Positions 29,202 through 42,789 of a stretch of DNA of 64,000 nt are shown here, piece after piece; the stretch's first letter is position 1; each line of letters starts with the position of its first letter. Origin of the DNA: Octopus vulgaris. Its lineage: Eukaryota. The position numbers and the translations under genes were made by a program. Below the pieces are notes generated by a model. It made no database searches. It had not been told where the DNA came from and worked only from the letters and a program-made list of their open reading frames with translations. The DNA lies in contig OX597824.1 in the NCBI GenBank assembly GCA_951406725.2, positions 93,744,001 to 93,808,000 of the forward strand. Direction: 5' to 3'.

Positions 29202-29429
29202 TATCGTCATTTACATCGTCTTTCGACGTCGTCGGCGTCGTTGGCGTCGTCATCATCATCGTCATAGCGTCGTTGCCGCCGGAGAAGTAAAATGTTAACC
29301 AACATGGCCGCTCGTATCAAAAATTAGCTCGTTATAAACTAATGTGTTGTTGTTCTTTTTCTTTGTTTTTGAGATTTTATTCAATAATGGAATATCCAGT
29401 CTTCTTCTAATTGAATATTTTCATGTTTC

Positions 29430-29808
29430 TCCTCGTTTCTTCTCTGACTCTCTTTCTGCCATCCTCTTTCTTCCTCTTTTTTCTATCCATTTATTCTTCC
29501 TTCTCTCTTTCATCCCTACGCCCTCTTCCTTTGCCTCTCATAGGCAATCCTTCATACTCTCTCTCTCTCTATCCCTCCCTCTTTTTATTCCTCTCTTTCT
29601 GTCTCACAAACACTCTCCCTCTTCCTCTCTCGCTCACACTCTCTCTTCACCAATCTTTCTCCTCCCTCTCACACTCATTCTTACTCACTCACACTGTCTG
29701 TCTCTCTTCATCTCTGTCTTACATATCGGTCGCTTTCTTTCGACATTTTTGGTCTCAGAATCTGTGTCTGTCTTTCTTTCTCTCTCCTTTCTTCTCAATA
29801 TAATGGCT

Positions 29809-29858
<50 letters not shown>

Positions 29859-30145
29859 CTATTTCTATCATTTTCTTATATCTTTCTTTATTTCCTTCTC
29901 ACGCATTTTCTCGTCTTCTCTCTCTATTTCTCTCTCTATCTATCTATCTATCTATCTATCTATCGATCTATCTATGTATCAATTTCATGTTTCTGCCTTC
30001 GTTTTTCTCTGGCATACCATTCCTGATTCTCTCTTCTACCACAATTTTTTCCTCCATTTTTTCCGCTTTACTATCTTTGCACCCTTCTTTCTTTCTTTCC
30101 TTATTTCTTTCTTTCTTTCTTTCCGTCTTTCTTTCCTTCGCCCTC

Positions 30146-30196
<51 letters not shown>

Positions 30197-30205
30197 GACT
30201 GTTAG

Positions 30206-30260
<55 letters not shown>

Positions 30261-30900
30261 GTCTGTCTGCCTGTCTGTCTCTCTGTCTCTTCTTGGATGT
30301 TTTTCTTACTTCCTTTAAGCATCACTTTTTAATTACATCTTTCATTTGCGGCGTCTATGACCATTTCTTCATCTTAGTCTTGTATTATCTCTTTCTTTCT
30401 TTCTTTCTCTTTCTCGCTCTCTGTCCCTCTCTCACTTTGCCTATTTCTTATATTTTTATCTCCCTTAATTTCTCTCATGCCCTCTCTTTCACATTTTCTG
30501 TCACTATGTCTATCTCTCCTCCGCTCTCTCTCTCTCTCTCTTCTTCTTCTCTCGCCCCTCTCTCTCTCTGTCGCCCGCGCTCTCTATCTCTGTCTCTCAT
30601 CATCTCTCTCTGTCCCCCGCTCTCTCTATGTTTGTCTCTCTAGCTCTTCTCCACTCACTTGCTCACTCTCTCTGTCCCCCCTCTCCCTCTCTATTTCTAT
30701 CTCTGTAGCCGCTCTCTGTATCTCTCTCTCTGTATCTCCCTCTCTTCACACGCTTCCTACCCTCTCCCTTTCTCCCTTCCTCCCTCTGTTCCTTCCTCTT
30801 TCTCTCTCTCTAATATCCACCTTCCTCTGCCTCACATTTTAATTACTCTCCTCTTCAATTCTTCTCCCTGAAATTAGTTTTCTTCTCTAACTTCTTCACA
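29430..30900. repeat. ~1.5-kb polypyrimidine/polypurine low-complexity tract with (CT)n and (CTAT)n
   Basis: The + strand is overwhelmingly C/T; this explains the F/L/S-rich ORFs. Confidence 0.9.
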
Positions 30901-31335
30901 TTCTTTTCATTCGTTCTGTTCTTCTCTAATTTTCATTTTTATTTTTTCAACTTTCATTTTAAAACACATCCTTTGCATCCTACAATGTACGTGGGTGTTG
31001 GCATCTCTATAGGCATGTGTACGTGTGTGTGTGTGTGTGTATGTGTATCCGTGTGTCTTTGGGGGACAGATTTCTCCTAATTACCCCACCTTAACGTTTG
31101 AGGTGAAACCCCTGCATCTCTTTCGCTTTTATCCCCTCATTTACTGTCTCTCCCCCCCCTCTCTCTCTCTCTCTCTGTCTCCACCCCTATCTCTTTATGT
31201 ATGTACTTATGGGTATATGTATGTACATACATATACATACATAGATATATATGCACATATATATATACATACATATATATACATATATAATTATGTATGT
31301 ATACATATATGTAATCACATATATGCATGTATATA

Positions 31336-31367
<32 letters not shown>

Positions 31368-31372
31368 CATAC

Positions 31373-31405
<33 letters not shown>

Positions 31406-31446
31406 CACATAGACACACACACACATATATATAAACATATACATAT

Positions 31447-31496
<50 letters not shown>

Positions 31497-31681
31497 TCAT
31501 ATATATATATATATATACATATTCATGTATATATCTATATATGTATGTTTTTATATACATATACACAAATAAGTTATATATATATATATATATATATACA
31601 TACATATAATGGTTATATAAATACCTACTTACATATGTGTGTGCGTGTGTGTTTTGTTGTTTTTGTCAGGAATAACATTAC

Positions 31682-31715
<34 letters not shown>

Positions 31716-31901
31716 TTCATCATCATCACCATTATTGCACACATTATTAGCTGTTTCACAGTCGCTATCATCGACATTATCATTATTCTCGGCTTTATCG
31801 TGTTCCTTGCCATCTTCTCCCACGCCACCGTCGCCGTCATTTCCTTCGCCATTACCATGATTAACATCAACAACAGCATCATTATCCGCAGCAGGAGAGC
31901 C

Positions 31902-31933
<32 letters not shown>

Positions 31934-32387
31934 AATTCTATCGTCATTATCACCATTAATGTTAATTATCATCATCATCATCAAACCAACTATAGCGTAA
32001 TAATTATTTGTCCCTCACACATCGCCACACCTGACCACCACACCTCAGCCTTGAAGAACACGAGAAATGCTCACCGCATCGCCACACACCACCACCACCA
32101 CCACACGCGCGCGCGCACCGATAATTATCAGAAGCAGTAGTGGTAGCAGCAGCCATAACAACAGGCAGTGAATCATCATCATCATCATCATCTTCATTAA
32201 CATCATCATCCTCCAACTCCTCTCCTTCCTCCCTTATTCCTCTTCCTTATCTTCCACATCATCATCATCATTATCATCATCAACATCATCATAATCTACC
32301 TCTTCTCCTTCATCACCTGTTCCTCTTTCTCATCTTCCTCTTCATCCTCATCATCATCATCATCATTGTTCTCATCCCCTTCCTTCT

Positions 32388-32760
32388 GCTCATCATCATC
32401 ATCATCATCATCTTCATCATTCACCTCCTTCTGTTTCCTGCCTGTTCCTCCTCCTTATCACCATCATCATCATCATCATCATCATCTTCATCATTCACCT
32501 CCTTCTCTTTCCTGCCTGTTCCTCCTCCTTATCATCATCATCATCATCATCATCATCATCTTCATCATTCACCTCCTTCTCTTTCCTGCCTGTTCCTCCT
32601 CCTTATCACCATCATCATCATCATCATCATCATCTTCATCATTCACCTCCTTCTGTTTCCTGCCTGTTCCTCCTCCTTATCACCATCATCATCATCATCA
32701 TCATCATCTTCATCATTCACCTCCTTCTCTTTCCTGCCTGTTCCTCCTCCTTATCATCAT
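32388..32760. repeat. 74-bp minisatellite, 5 copies
   Basis: Core tcttcatcattcacctccttct[g/c]tttcctgcctgttcctcctccttatca starts at 32411, 32485, 32559, 32633 and 32707, separated by (CAT)n. Confidence 0.92.
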
Positions 32761-32877
32761 CACCAGCAGCAGCAGCATCGTCCCTATAATGACTGTCCTC
32801 TTAAGACGATTCTAATGAATATAATTACGGTCGTAATTTTTTAATCATTAACAACATTAAAATACTAATAAGAATCA

Positions 32878-32983
32878 TTATCATCTCACCATCACCATCA
32901 TCATCATCATCATCATAATCATCATCATCATCATCATCATCATCACCATCATCATCATCTTCATCATCATCACCATCATCACT

Positions 32984-33044
<61 letters not shown>

Positions 33045-33058
33045 CCACCATCATCACT

Positions 33059-33096
<38 letters not shown>

Positions 33097-33151
33097 GAAA
33101 ATCATCATCATCACCAACATCATCATCATCATTCATCATCATCATCATGAT

Positions 33152-33182
<31 letters not shown>

Positions 33183-33252
33183 CATCATTCAACATCATCA
33201 TCATCATCCTCATCTCCATCATCACCATCATCATCATCATCATCCTCATCAC

Positions 33253-33285
<33 letters not shown>

Positions 33286-33372
33286 GACCATCACCATCAT
33301 GGTCACCGTTTTCGTCGTCGTCGTCGTCACCGTCATCGTCAGCTTCGGCGTTATCGTCATCGTCATCGTCAT
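32878..33372. repeat. (CAT)n/(CGT)n degenerate trinucleotide array
   Basis: Direct inspection. Confidence 0.93.
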
Positions 33373-33600
33373 TAGTCGCCATCTTGATCATCACGATCTT
33401 TATCAGAAGGAACACAGCCGAATAATTTCCAGTTCGCATTCAAAACTGCTGGTGATAGAAGATAACCATCAACACCACTTCCATGACCACCACCACCACC
33501 ATCATCGTCAGTAGCATTAACAACAACAGCACCAGCAGCAGCAACAGCAGTGATACTAATCGCACCTTTACAACCAACGGAATCATAAGACAACATCTTG

Positions 33601-33627
33601 GTCGCCATCTTCTGTTACCATGGCAAT
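33601..33627. promoter_or_regulatory. Adjacent YY1-like motif and RFX X-box-like palindrome
   Basis: GTCGCCATCTT (33601-33611) and GTTACCATGGCAAT (33614-33627; one mismatch to GTTNCCATGGNAAC). Motif match only. Confidence 0.3.
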
Positions 33628-33882
33628 AGCTGAGTGTCATAAACGTGTTTAGTGCTGACGTTGTCATTATTGGTGTTTTCACACTTTACTAAAGATTCAT
33701 CAATTTTGCTATTGCGGCTACTACTAAGTATACAACTACTACGAATACTACTACTACGAATACTACTACTACGAATACTACTACTATTACCACGGCTGCT
33801 GCTGCTGCTACGGCTGCAGCTATATCAGTAGAGGTAGTAGTCACGATGTGTCATCACAGAACGTGATTCTTCTGATCTCAAA

Positions 33883-33901
33883 GTAGTAGTAGCAGCAGAA
33901 A

Positions 33902-33959
<58 letters not shown>

Positions 33960-34040
33960 GGTGGTAGTAGTAGTTGTAGTAGTAGTAGTAGTAGTTGCAG
34001 CAGCAGCGGCAGTAGTAGCAGCAGCAGCAGTAGTAGTAGT

Positions 34041-34072
<32 letters not shown>

Positions 34073-34103
34073 CAGCAGCAGCAGCAGTAGTAGTAGTAGC
34101 AGT

Positions 34104-34186
<83 letters not shown>

Positions 34187-34190
34187 CAGC

Positions 34191-34247
<57 letters not shown>
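33883..34247. repeat. (TAG)n/(CAG)n compound microsatellite
   Basis: Direct inspection; source of the poly-V/A ORF. Confidence 0.95.
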
Positions 34248-34439
34248 TTTAGAGGAGTTTACAACCCGAACACCCTGTGTTCACCTGTTCGTCCCTCCCG
34301 CTATTATGTACAAATATTCTGCAAAAGGGCCATGGAATGAAAAAAAAAACATCTACGTTGCATCACCTTTGCCAGGAGTCTTACCTCTGGCCTATCAATA
34401 CCAAGGGACTGAACTTCATATGTACAGACATATATACAA

Positions 34440-34478
<39 letters not shown>

Positions 34479-34894
34479 GACCAAAGTTATTTATGTGTTC
34501 ATATGTAGGCCTGTTCTGTATTTTTCGATAAATATATTTTCTTTAATTAGACTTGTACAGAAATAGCTTCCTTGAATCGGTAGATGCGGAAAACCGAAAT
34601 TTGGTTGGAGATTACCTATACATCGATCTGTGTTCACTCAAAGGAATCTGTCTATAACTTGCGAAGGGGGTCTGTTCCTTATGCTGTGTGGTTCTCCGTC
34701 TAAATGACATACTTGTCTGTTCTATATAGTTGCATCTTCAACCTGAACAAGTTATAAAAGAAATTAAATTCTCAGATGCACAAATCAAGTCGGCCTTAAT
34801 TGTAAACATCCTCCCTTGTTTGAAGTGGAATTCCACATACATACGTGTGTGTGTGTATGTGTGTATGTATGTGTGCGTTGTATGTATGTGTATG

Positions 34895-35105
34895 TCTCTG
34901 TGTCTCTATGTTTGGTCGTCCTCTCTACCACATGATCAACGGTGCTGCTTGGTTTACATCTTATAGCTTAGCGGCTCGGCCAAGGAGATGAGTAAAAGTA
35001 GTAACACATTTACAAAACTAAAGAACAGGCGTCGATGTCTTTTCTTACAACCATTTAAGGCCGAGTCATAGCATGGCTGCATTTCTATGACTGAAATAAG
35101 ATCAA
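34895..35105 (+). mobile_element. SINE family B tail, diverged
   Basis: ggtttacatc..cttagcggctcggcc..agcatggctgca..atgactgaaataag. Confidence 0.6.
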
Positions 35106-35659
35106 AGATCAAAGAAAGCAAATCTACCATAAAAAACAAAATAGGCTCCAAATGTGACGCTCTCACTGAGACGCTCTAATAACGAAAATATATTAATCCA
35201 TTTTAGAGGAATAGTAGCGTGGTATTTGAAGATTTCTTTGCTGTTTTCTCAAGCCAGAGTGACAGCAGGACATTAATTTCTTTATCCCCAAATATGGACT
35301 CATTATTTTTCCTGAAAAACAATTCTAGACATAATAAGATTCTTTCGTTTTTTTTATTAATGCGGTTAACGTACAGTTAAACATTATGGTGCCATATTAG
35401 AAGGAGAACCAACCCGTCGTTTTTTCAGACATCATTTAATATGTCCAACAGATGTATGAGGTAATGCAGTTGAATATCTTGTAAGATCTACTTTAAAAGG
35501 GAAATTTAGCTTAATTGTTTGCTGAAGAAAGTGCAAATACTACATTATGTTGATAAAATGGATGCATTGCGTTCGATCATATAATGATATAAATTATAAA
35601 TATAAGCACATATACATACATATATGTACATACCTGCATAGATATGTATATATACATAT

Positions 35660-35835
35660 GCATATATGGCTACAGGACATCAAAAAGGTAGATAAAATGA
35701 GAAACGAGAACATAAAGAACAAAAATATAGAAAATGAACATTTTCGAACAACGAAAGAAACAGACAGAGAAATGAGACAGACAACATAAAGTACATTCCC
35801 TTCATCAGTTGTCCCCTGTTTTATCTACTCCGCAT
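35660..35835. mobile_element. Unclassified interspersed repeat, possibly a Penelope-like terminal fragment
   Basis: Reverse complement aligns with 53735-53877 (gcatatatgg.tacaggac.tcaaa..acgagaacat..acaacgaaagaaaca..agagaaa.gagacag); contains a CTGATGAAGGG core on the minus strand. Confidence 0.6.
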
Positions 35836-36144
35836 TACTCATCTGTATATATTAATCTATCTATTTTCTTTGCTAAATATTCCTGAGAGCGTCGTAGTAG
35901 AGGAGTCCTCAGGTATTTCCTCTATAGGCTACTGTTTTACCCATCTCACAATTCTCAATTATTAAGGGTTGCTCCCTCCCAGCCCCACTTCAGATTCCTA
36001 TGACACGCATTCTGCGTGCTCCCACCCCGCGTATCTCAGAGGTATGTTCAGACTCAGATGTTATTGTGCCGATGTACTTGTGCTGTATGGCTAAACTTTC
36101 AAAACCTCGTATTGCAAATTTTATTGGAATCTTTAGTACCAGGC

Positions 36145-36448
36145 GTGGAGGCCCATGGCCTAGTGTTTAGAGCAGCGAACTCGCGGTCGAGGGATCGCGG
36201 ATTCGAATCTCAGACCAGGCGATGTTTGTGTTTATTAATCAAAACACTTAAGCCCCACGCTGCTCCAACAGAAGGTAATGCCGAACTTCTACTTACTCTT
36301 TCGCCACAACTTTCTCACCCTCATTCCTCCTGCATCTAGCAGCTCACCTGCAACGGACCTGCGTCCTGTCCAGATGGGCAACCTATACGCCAATGAAGCC
36401 GGCAAACCGGCTCTTATTAGCCAGACATGGCTCGAGAAGGAACAAACA
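36145..36448 (+). mobile_element. SINE family C-related copy with 12-bp TSD
   Basis: ggaggcccatggcctagtg..ggattcgaatctc..cctgcaacggacctgcgtcctgtccag; TSD ttagtaccaggc (36133-36144) and ttagtgccaggc (36449-36460). Confidence 0.8.
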
Positions 36449-37345
36449 TTAGTGCCAGGCACAAAGATCGTATTTGCATTCGACCGTGGATATTGTCTAC
36501 ACTATCAGAAATTTCAGTCGACTGACCTTACTGGAATTATCTCCCTTGCATGAACTTGTTTTTTTTTAAAAAACACACAAACTTCAATATTATTTCTATT
36601 AATCGCATTAATAATTTTAGTTGACCGAACACTTTTAACGCTCTCCATTATAAAAGTGCAATACTACCAGGTAATAAGATATGTTTCATGTCTGAGTCAG
36701 TATATTACCCGAAGAATCTAGTGTTAGTCTGCCGCATCATGTTGTACTTCCACTACATATCTGCAAACACAGACATCACACGTTTCCTGGGATACGATTC
36801 GTTAATATATTTTTTACTTGCTTTGACTACGTTACCAACCATTTATGCATCTCCTTTTATCACTCATTTTTCTCATGAGACGCCATTATTTTTTGGCATT
36901 TTATACTCAATATATCCATAATGCATAGTTTTTTTTTAGATTACATATATGTATATATCTGTGTGTGTGTGTGCGTGTATGTGTGTGTTTCACGCTACAT
37001 CTCTAGGGTGAAAGACGTTGCATACTTTTTTTGCAGAAAACGTATGTATGTACATATGTGTGTGTGCGTGAGCGTGCATGTATATATTTATGCATACGTA
37101 TATGTATCTATGTATATATGTTCATATATATATCACTTTCTAATGTATCACAAAATATTAGATTATATGCAGTATACAATGTTATATTATATTATATATA
37201 TGTGATATATATGTATGTATGTATATATGTATTTATATACTCACCGATACCTATAAACATATATATCGTTTGGATAGAAATATTCTCCAGGCAGGTAGGC
37301 AAGTATACATGTATGTGTGTATTAATATATATACATATATATATG

Positions 37346-37445
<100 letters not shown>

Positions 37446-37770
37446 TATGTGCTATGAGTGTTTAATTTGGTACGACTCCAGCTTAAGCTGCAAGTGAAAG
37501 ATGTGGTACTTAGAAGGCGGAAAGTAGTGGTAAAAAAGCAACATATTTGTCATCAAGTCAAAAAGTATTGAATTTAGATGGAGACTATACCGAAATCGAG
37601 TTTCTTACAGCTCTGTCTAGAAGAGCCAACCATGTTGATCCATAAGCTAGGTCGTCCATTATCGCGGAGAAAGAGATCTTGGAACTAACAGCAGTTACAT
37701 ATATAAACACATAACTATATACATACATACGTATATATATACACACACATATATATATATGTATATATAA

Positions 37771-37801
<31 letters not shown>

Positions 37802-37922
37802 ACCGTGACGGTGTCGGGCCTTTCTGGTGACGTCGATGTTCGCCTGGGGCTAAATGCAACAGTAACACCCCCACCACCCTGCCCTGTCCCTAGCCATATT
37901 CAGATGGCTTTAGTCCCTTATG

Positions 37923-37961
<39 letters not shown>

Positions 37962-37994
37962 ATATGTATATGTATATATATATATATAGCACAC

Positions 37995-38025
<31 letters not shown>

Positions 38026-38151
38026 GCCCCAGTAGAATGGGAGAAAGCGCTAATACATGATCTAAGTTCTATGATGTATAAAAAATGTAATACACAAATG
38101 ATTATCTGTAAATATAAACAATCCGATTTTCTGAGTACTTCATTTCTTCTA

Positions 38152-38237
<86 letters not shown>

Positions 38238-38891
38238 GTATATATGTAATATAATATACACTGTGACTTTTGAATAGAAGCACAATTGATTGCAACTCGG
38301 AGTTCCAGCACAACGATTCCACGGTCGTCAGGCTAAAGATGCAAAAATGCTGCCTTTTCGGTATACAAAATTAATGCCCGTTGAATGAAAATCTGATATA
38401 TACAAAAAAAAATACATAGTCACGCTTGTGCGTGCGCATGTCACCATGTTGTGTGTGTGTTACCATGTGCGCATGTGTGTTTGTGTGCGAGTTTTGTGTA
38501 CGTGCATGTCTGCGGGTTACTAATCGTGTCTGCGTGAATAGGTATATAATGAAGGTAAGACGCTAGAGGCGTAGAACATCGAGCTAATAGACCGTGTTTA
38601 AGTGACGTCATCTTTACACAATTTTCACGAAAACATAGGAGATCGATACATAATATTATATTCTGTCCTCTGATCGAGACAGTCGAGTAAACACCACTTA
38701 TGAAAGACATACCACGAGTAAGGTAGCAGAGATCATAATCTGTGTGAATATGTGTGGTTGTATGGGTGTGGTACGATTTTGGTTATACGAATGCAGAACT
38801 AAAACTCCATGAATATATGTGTGTGTGTTTGTGTGTGTTTGTGCGTATCTGTGTGTGCGTGCATGTGTATGTGTGAGTATATGTGTGTGAT

Positions 38892-38928
<37 letters not shown>

Positions 38929-39067
38929 GCATACACACATACATGCATATACAGTTATATATATGTGTGTGGGTATGTATGTGTGAGTATACCTGTGTGA
39001 TTGTATATATATATATATATATATATACATACATACACACATACATGCATATATAGGTATATATATA

Positions 39068-39110
<43 letters not shown>

Positions 39111-39209
39111 GTGTCTTAGTATGAGTGTAATGTAATTGTCACTTTATGCCTCCGCATGTGCATGTCTTACGAAATATATACGCAGACACACTTTATATGT
39201 GTATATGTA

Positions 39210-39268
<59 letters not shown>

Positions 39269-39494
39269 CTATTTATGAATAATTAGATCAATATTTAGAT
39301 AGATAACTAGATAGATAGGTAGCTTTTCTTGACTCGAGGTTCAAGTTTAAATTGTCCACTTCCATACGCAATACACACTCCCAGAAATACGCACACACAC
39401 ACATACCCACACACAAATATTTATGCAATATATAAGTATATATGTATCGTGCATGTATTGTGTATATATGTACGTATGTATGTATATATGTACG

Positions 39495-39930
39495 TAGGTA
39501 GGAAGGTAGGTAGGTAGGTAGGTAGGTAGGTAGGTAGGTAGGTAGGTAGGTAGGTAGGTATGTATGTTGGTCCGTACGTAAATAGGTAGGCAGGTAGGCA
39601 GGTAGGTAGGTATGTAGGTAGGTAGGTATGTATGTAGGTAGGTAGGTAGGTAGGTAGGTAGGTAGGTAGGTAGGTAGGTAGGTAGGTAGGTAGGTAGGTA
39701 GGTAGGTAGGTAGGCAGGTAGGTAGGTAGGTATGTATGTATGTATGTATGTAGGTAGGTAGGTAGGTAGCTAGGTAGGTAGGTATGTATGTATGTATGTA
39801 GGTAGGTAGGTAGGTAGGTAGGTAGGTAGGTAGGTAGGTAGGTAGGTATGTATGTATGTATGTAGGTAGGTAGGTAGGTATGTATGTATGTAGGTCCGTA
39901 CGTAAATAGGTAGGCAGGTAGGCAGGTAGG
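39495..39930. repeat. (TAGG)n/(TATG)n array with a duplicated marker segment
   Basis: ggtccgtacgtaaataggtaggcaggtaggcaggtagg occurs at ~39569 and ~39893. Confidence 0.92.
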
Positions 39931-40462
39931 TTTGCATCACCCATATTCTATTTACGTATGATATGCCTAGGTGTACCTGCGGTGTACGTTTATAAATCTG
40001 TGTATCTTTATGAATCTACGTCTTGCTCTGTTTTATTTCTCTCCACTATAGCCAACGGAGAGGCTGATTGTTGCATTTCTAATGAATAGACAGACAGAAG
40101 AAATAAGCTAATGTATAGAAAGATATTTATGTAACACAGAGCTTACACGAAATAGACGCCATATTTTTTTTTAAATATGTGATTGGTAGCACAAAGATCG
40201 ATAATATAATTGCACAGAATGTACTTACAATACGTTCAAATATTGTCCCTGACCTCGTTCCAACCATGGTAGTCACTAAATACATTTATATATGTGAGCG
40301 TGTGTGCGTGTGTGTAACTCATGAATTGGCTTTCTTGTTGGAAGAAATATTAATAGAATACAGAAATATGTCAAGATGTTTTGGAAATGTGAGGAATGCG
40401 GTGATGACCGGAAAGTGAGATAAGTTATGTATTGTGTCCATTTACGTGCCTGTGTCCACATG

Positions 40463-40529
<67 letters not shown>

Positions 40530-40784
40530 GGGGGACATTTACATACATTATACATATATATATAAGCAATAACAAATCTCTGAGCGAGGGTCCGTGTGTA
40601 TCATGTGAGGCTAGAGATGGGAAAGATGACTTCCCTTTGCAAATACTGATAGGACACAGATAGTGTGTCAATAGCCAGCTAGAGGAGATGTCTTCATGGG
40701 GCTACAAGCTACAGTAGCATCGACCCTTAGGGGTTAGCCACATTTAGTTGGCAAATATAACTCACGATAAATATATATATATAT

Positions 40785-40815
<31 letters not shown>

Positions 40816-40837
40816 CAGACAGACAGACAGAGACAGA

Positions 40838-40875
<38 letters not shown>

Positions 40876-40906
40876 TACATAAGTTTATATGCATATGTAT
40901 GTATAA

Positions 40907-41032
<126 letters not shown>

Positions 41033-41079
41033 GCAGGCGGATTGATAGATGTTACAAGATGTTACAAGATAGATGTCGC

Positions 41080-41190
41080 ATTTGCCTTTAGTGGTCGATA
41101 AATTAAGAACCAGTTGCATACTGGTGTATATATAATCGACTGCCCCACCTCCACAAAAATTTCGGGCCTTGTCTTTAGAGCAGAAAAGCA
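41080..41190 (+). mobile_element. SINE family A 3' half
   Basis: gtcgataaattaagaaccagttgcatactgg..aatcgactgcccc..aaaaatttcgggccttgt. Confidence 0.7.
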
Positions 41191-42404
41191 TATGGACAGC
41201 ATCGAGAAATACCTATTTATATTCTCTTTTACTCTTTTCCGCCTATAATGTGCATATACGAATGTACATATGAGTATTTTTGATAATTTCTATTAGCGTA
41301 AAAGGGAAATCGTAGAGGAGATGAGGGTTTTTGTATATGTCTCTGCCCTGAGACTTGTTACATATTATCTGAAGATATTGTGACTAAATTATTTCATATT
41401 TAAAGCTGGTCTACGATTATGTAAGGTGGTTAATACCTATTGTCTCAGCGATACAAGTAAAAACTGATAATACCTGAAGCTGTAGCTTGCCAACTTTGCA
41501 AATACAAGGACGATGCATTAGAAAGCTTTGTCCTAAACATGCTATAAGAAGGAAAATGTGGCACAACCCGAAACGCCTTTAAAATTGCGATCTTCTAAAC
41601 CTGCATTTAAACAACACGAATCTTAAGAGTAAAACGGATGATTATCGGAAAATAATAAATACTTCAGTAACCGCATTCTTGGGATTCAAGTTTTCTTTAA
41701 CCGTTCCAAACTTCCGATATACTCATAATTATTCACTTCGTTTGTATTCTCTGTAATCTACGTATCCTATCCATAATTTATAAACGAATAGATGGAAAAA
41801 CAGATAAACATTATGCGTCGATATATCATCTGATATTCTAGAAATTATATTTATTTAATCACAAGCATTAAACATCAAATATCTAATTAAATATTATTAA
41901 AAACAATTATTAATTTTCCTTAGATTCCAAAACCGCCAATTTGTTAAGCAAAACACATCAAAATGGATATATACATAAATTAATACACGTTATTTTATAG
42001 TTAGTGTACGTCTAGTTCTAAATTACGTGGAATGCATTATTTAGTTAGGTGTAACTAGATACTTGGTAATAACTCAATTATCATAATATTTACCTCGTAT
42101 ATTAAATATCACTTTATTCGTGTACACCGAGAGAAAAAATATAAACTAGTGAAAAAGAAATTTGTCTGCTTTTCAATAATTTACTTGGTACAATAGTTAG
42201 AGCGTCGGAAAAACGACTTTGTGGCCTTTCTCCAATTTTTTTTTTCTTTACGTTCTGAGTTCAAATCCGGCCAGGACCAACTATAATTGTATCCATCTAC
42301 TGTTGTCGAAATATAATTCCTGTTGTGAACCGGCTAAACCTCGTCTCTGTACATTGTCGACTATGACGCCAACTGGTGAATGTTTTTGAAGACAATAGAG
42401 AACT

Positions 42405-42546
42405 GGGATCGTTGGCGCGTCGAACAAACTGCTTAGCGGCATTTCATCCAGTTGATTACGTTCAGAGTTCAAACACGACCAAAGTAAATTTTGCCTTTCG
42501 ATTTTTCTAGCTCGATAAAATTAAGTACCAGTCATTACTGGGGTCG
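42405..42546 (+). mobile_element. SINE family A, diverged
   Basis: gcttagcggcatttc..gagttcaaac..tcgataaaattaagtaccagtc..ctggggtcg. Confidence 0.65.
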
Positions 42547-42789
42547 CGTCACTCTAATTGGTCACTTAACAGACCGATCACGTAAATCTATGCTGGTTTG
42601 CTAATGACGTCTTGTGATTCAGTTTTGAATCCCCCACAACATAGTCAACATATTTTTCCCCCTTTCTCTTTACTCTGGTAATAATTTGACATACAGCGTG
42701 GTTTAGAGCGCAGCGTTATTCTTATATTCAACTACAATATTCACCATGTTGTGTGATATTCTTTTGCCGAGGACTTGTATTCTTATGTT

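Noticed and set aside
29344-30198. Longest ORF (284 aa, F/L/S-rich, membrane-protein-like)
   Set aside because: It arises from the polypyrimidine tract, which lacks stop codons by composition.
32388-32760. CRISPR-like repeat-spacer appearance
   Set aside because: The 'spacers' are the same (CAT)n run, the context is eukaryotic and there are no cas genes.
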